A stretch of DNA of 64,000 bases from the human T2T-CHM13v2.0 reference genome, Homo sapiens: the NCBI RefSeq assembly GCF_009914755.1, contig NC_060946.1. One strand, written 5' to 3'. Positions 63,700 through 64,000 of this stretch are shown here, in pieces. Below the pieces are notes generated by a model. The model was given only the letters and a program-made list of their open reading frames with translations, searched no databases and had not been told where the DNA came from. Numbering within the stretch: the stretch's first letter is position 1; every line of letters begins with the position of its first letter. The position numbers were made by a program, and so were the translations under genes.

Positions 63700-64000
63700 G
63701 TATGGTATTTAGTTTTCTGTTCCTGCATTGGTTTGCTAAGCATACCATACCTCCAGCTGTGTTCCTGCAAAGGATATGAGCTCATACTTTTTTATGGCTG
63801 CATAGTATTCCATGCATATGTGGCACATTTTCTTTAAGGGTGCAGGTTGGGAGGAGGGAATGGATCAGAAAAAAATAACTTATTGTGTACAAAGTTTGTA
63901 CCTGGGTGACAAAATAATCTGTACAACAAAACCCTATGACATGAGTTTACCTATATAACAAACCCACACATGTACCCCTGGACCTAAAATAAAAGTGTTT
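63700..64000. mobile_element. 5'-inverted (twin-primed) old L1PA 3' end
   Basis: Antisense L1 3' UTR (63700-63836) joined to the sense L1 terminus ending cctaaaataaaag. Confidence 0.85.

Overview
Primate (almost certainly human) genomic DNA, extremely repeat-rich: about 50 Alus, old L1/L2/MIR fragments, MaLR LTRs, hAT/Tigger/MADE1 DNA-transposon fossils and several large simple or tandem repeats. The only recognisable gene sequence is one 163-bp minus-strand exon (6595-6757) matching KMT2C/MLL3 exon 7 (extended PHD finger, R284-R337). It carries the L291F and T316S changes, and no KMT2C exon 6 appears upstream. This points to a segmentally duplicated KMT2C fragment of the BAGE/KMT2CP type rather than the parental 7q36 gene. 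The exon is also open in the +1 frame used by BAGE2/BAGE3, and an antisense Alu at about 8.2 kb looks like the exonised Alu of the BAGE mRNA. I could not find the BAGE 5' coding exons in the window. The right part (after about 45.5-46.9 kb) is more GC-rich and begins at truncated or fused Alus, [14 protein letters not shown] a mosaic of duplicons. It contains several local copy-paste events (a perfect 159-bp tandem duplication, a fold-back, and two 135-215-bp dispersed copies about 1.25-1.4 kb from their partners), an LTR-terminus-derived 49-bp minisatellite with higher-order structure, and an orphan exon with strong splice sites. Almost all listed ORFs are Alu or simple-repeat artefacts. I see no evidence for a new multi-gene system. 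Reference-sequence comparisons (KMT2C, BAGE, repeat consensus) are from memory and need alignment. Repeat boundaries are approximate.
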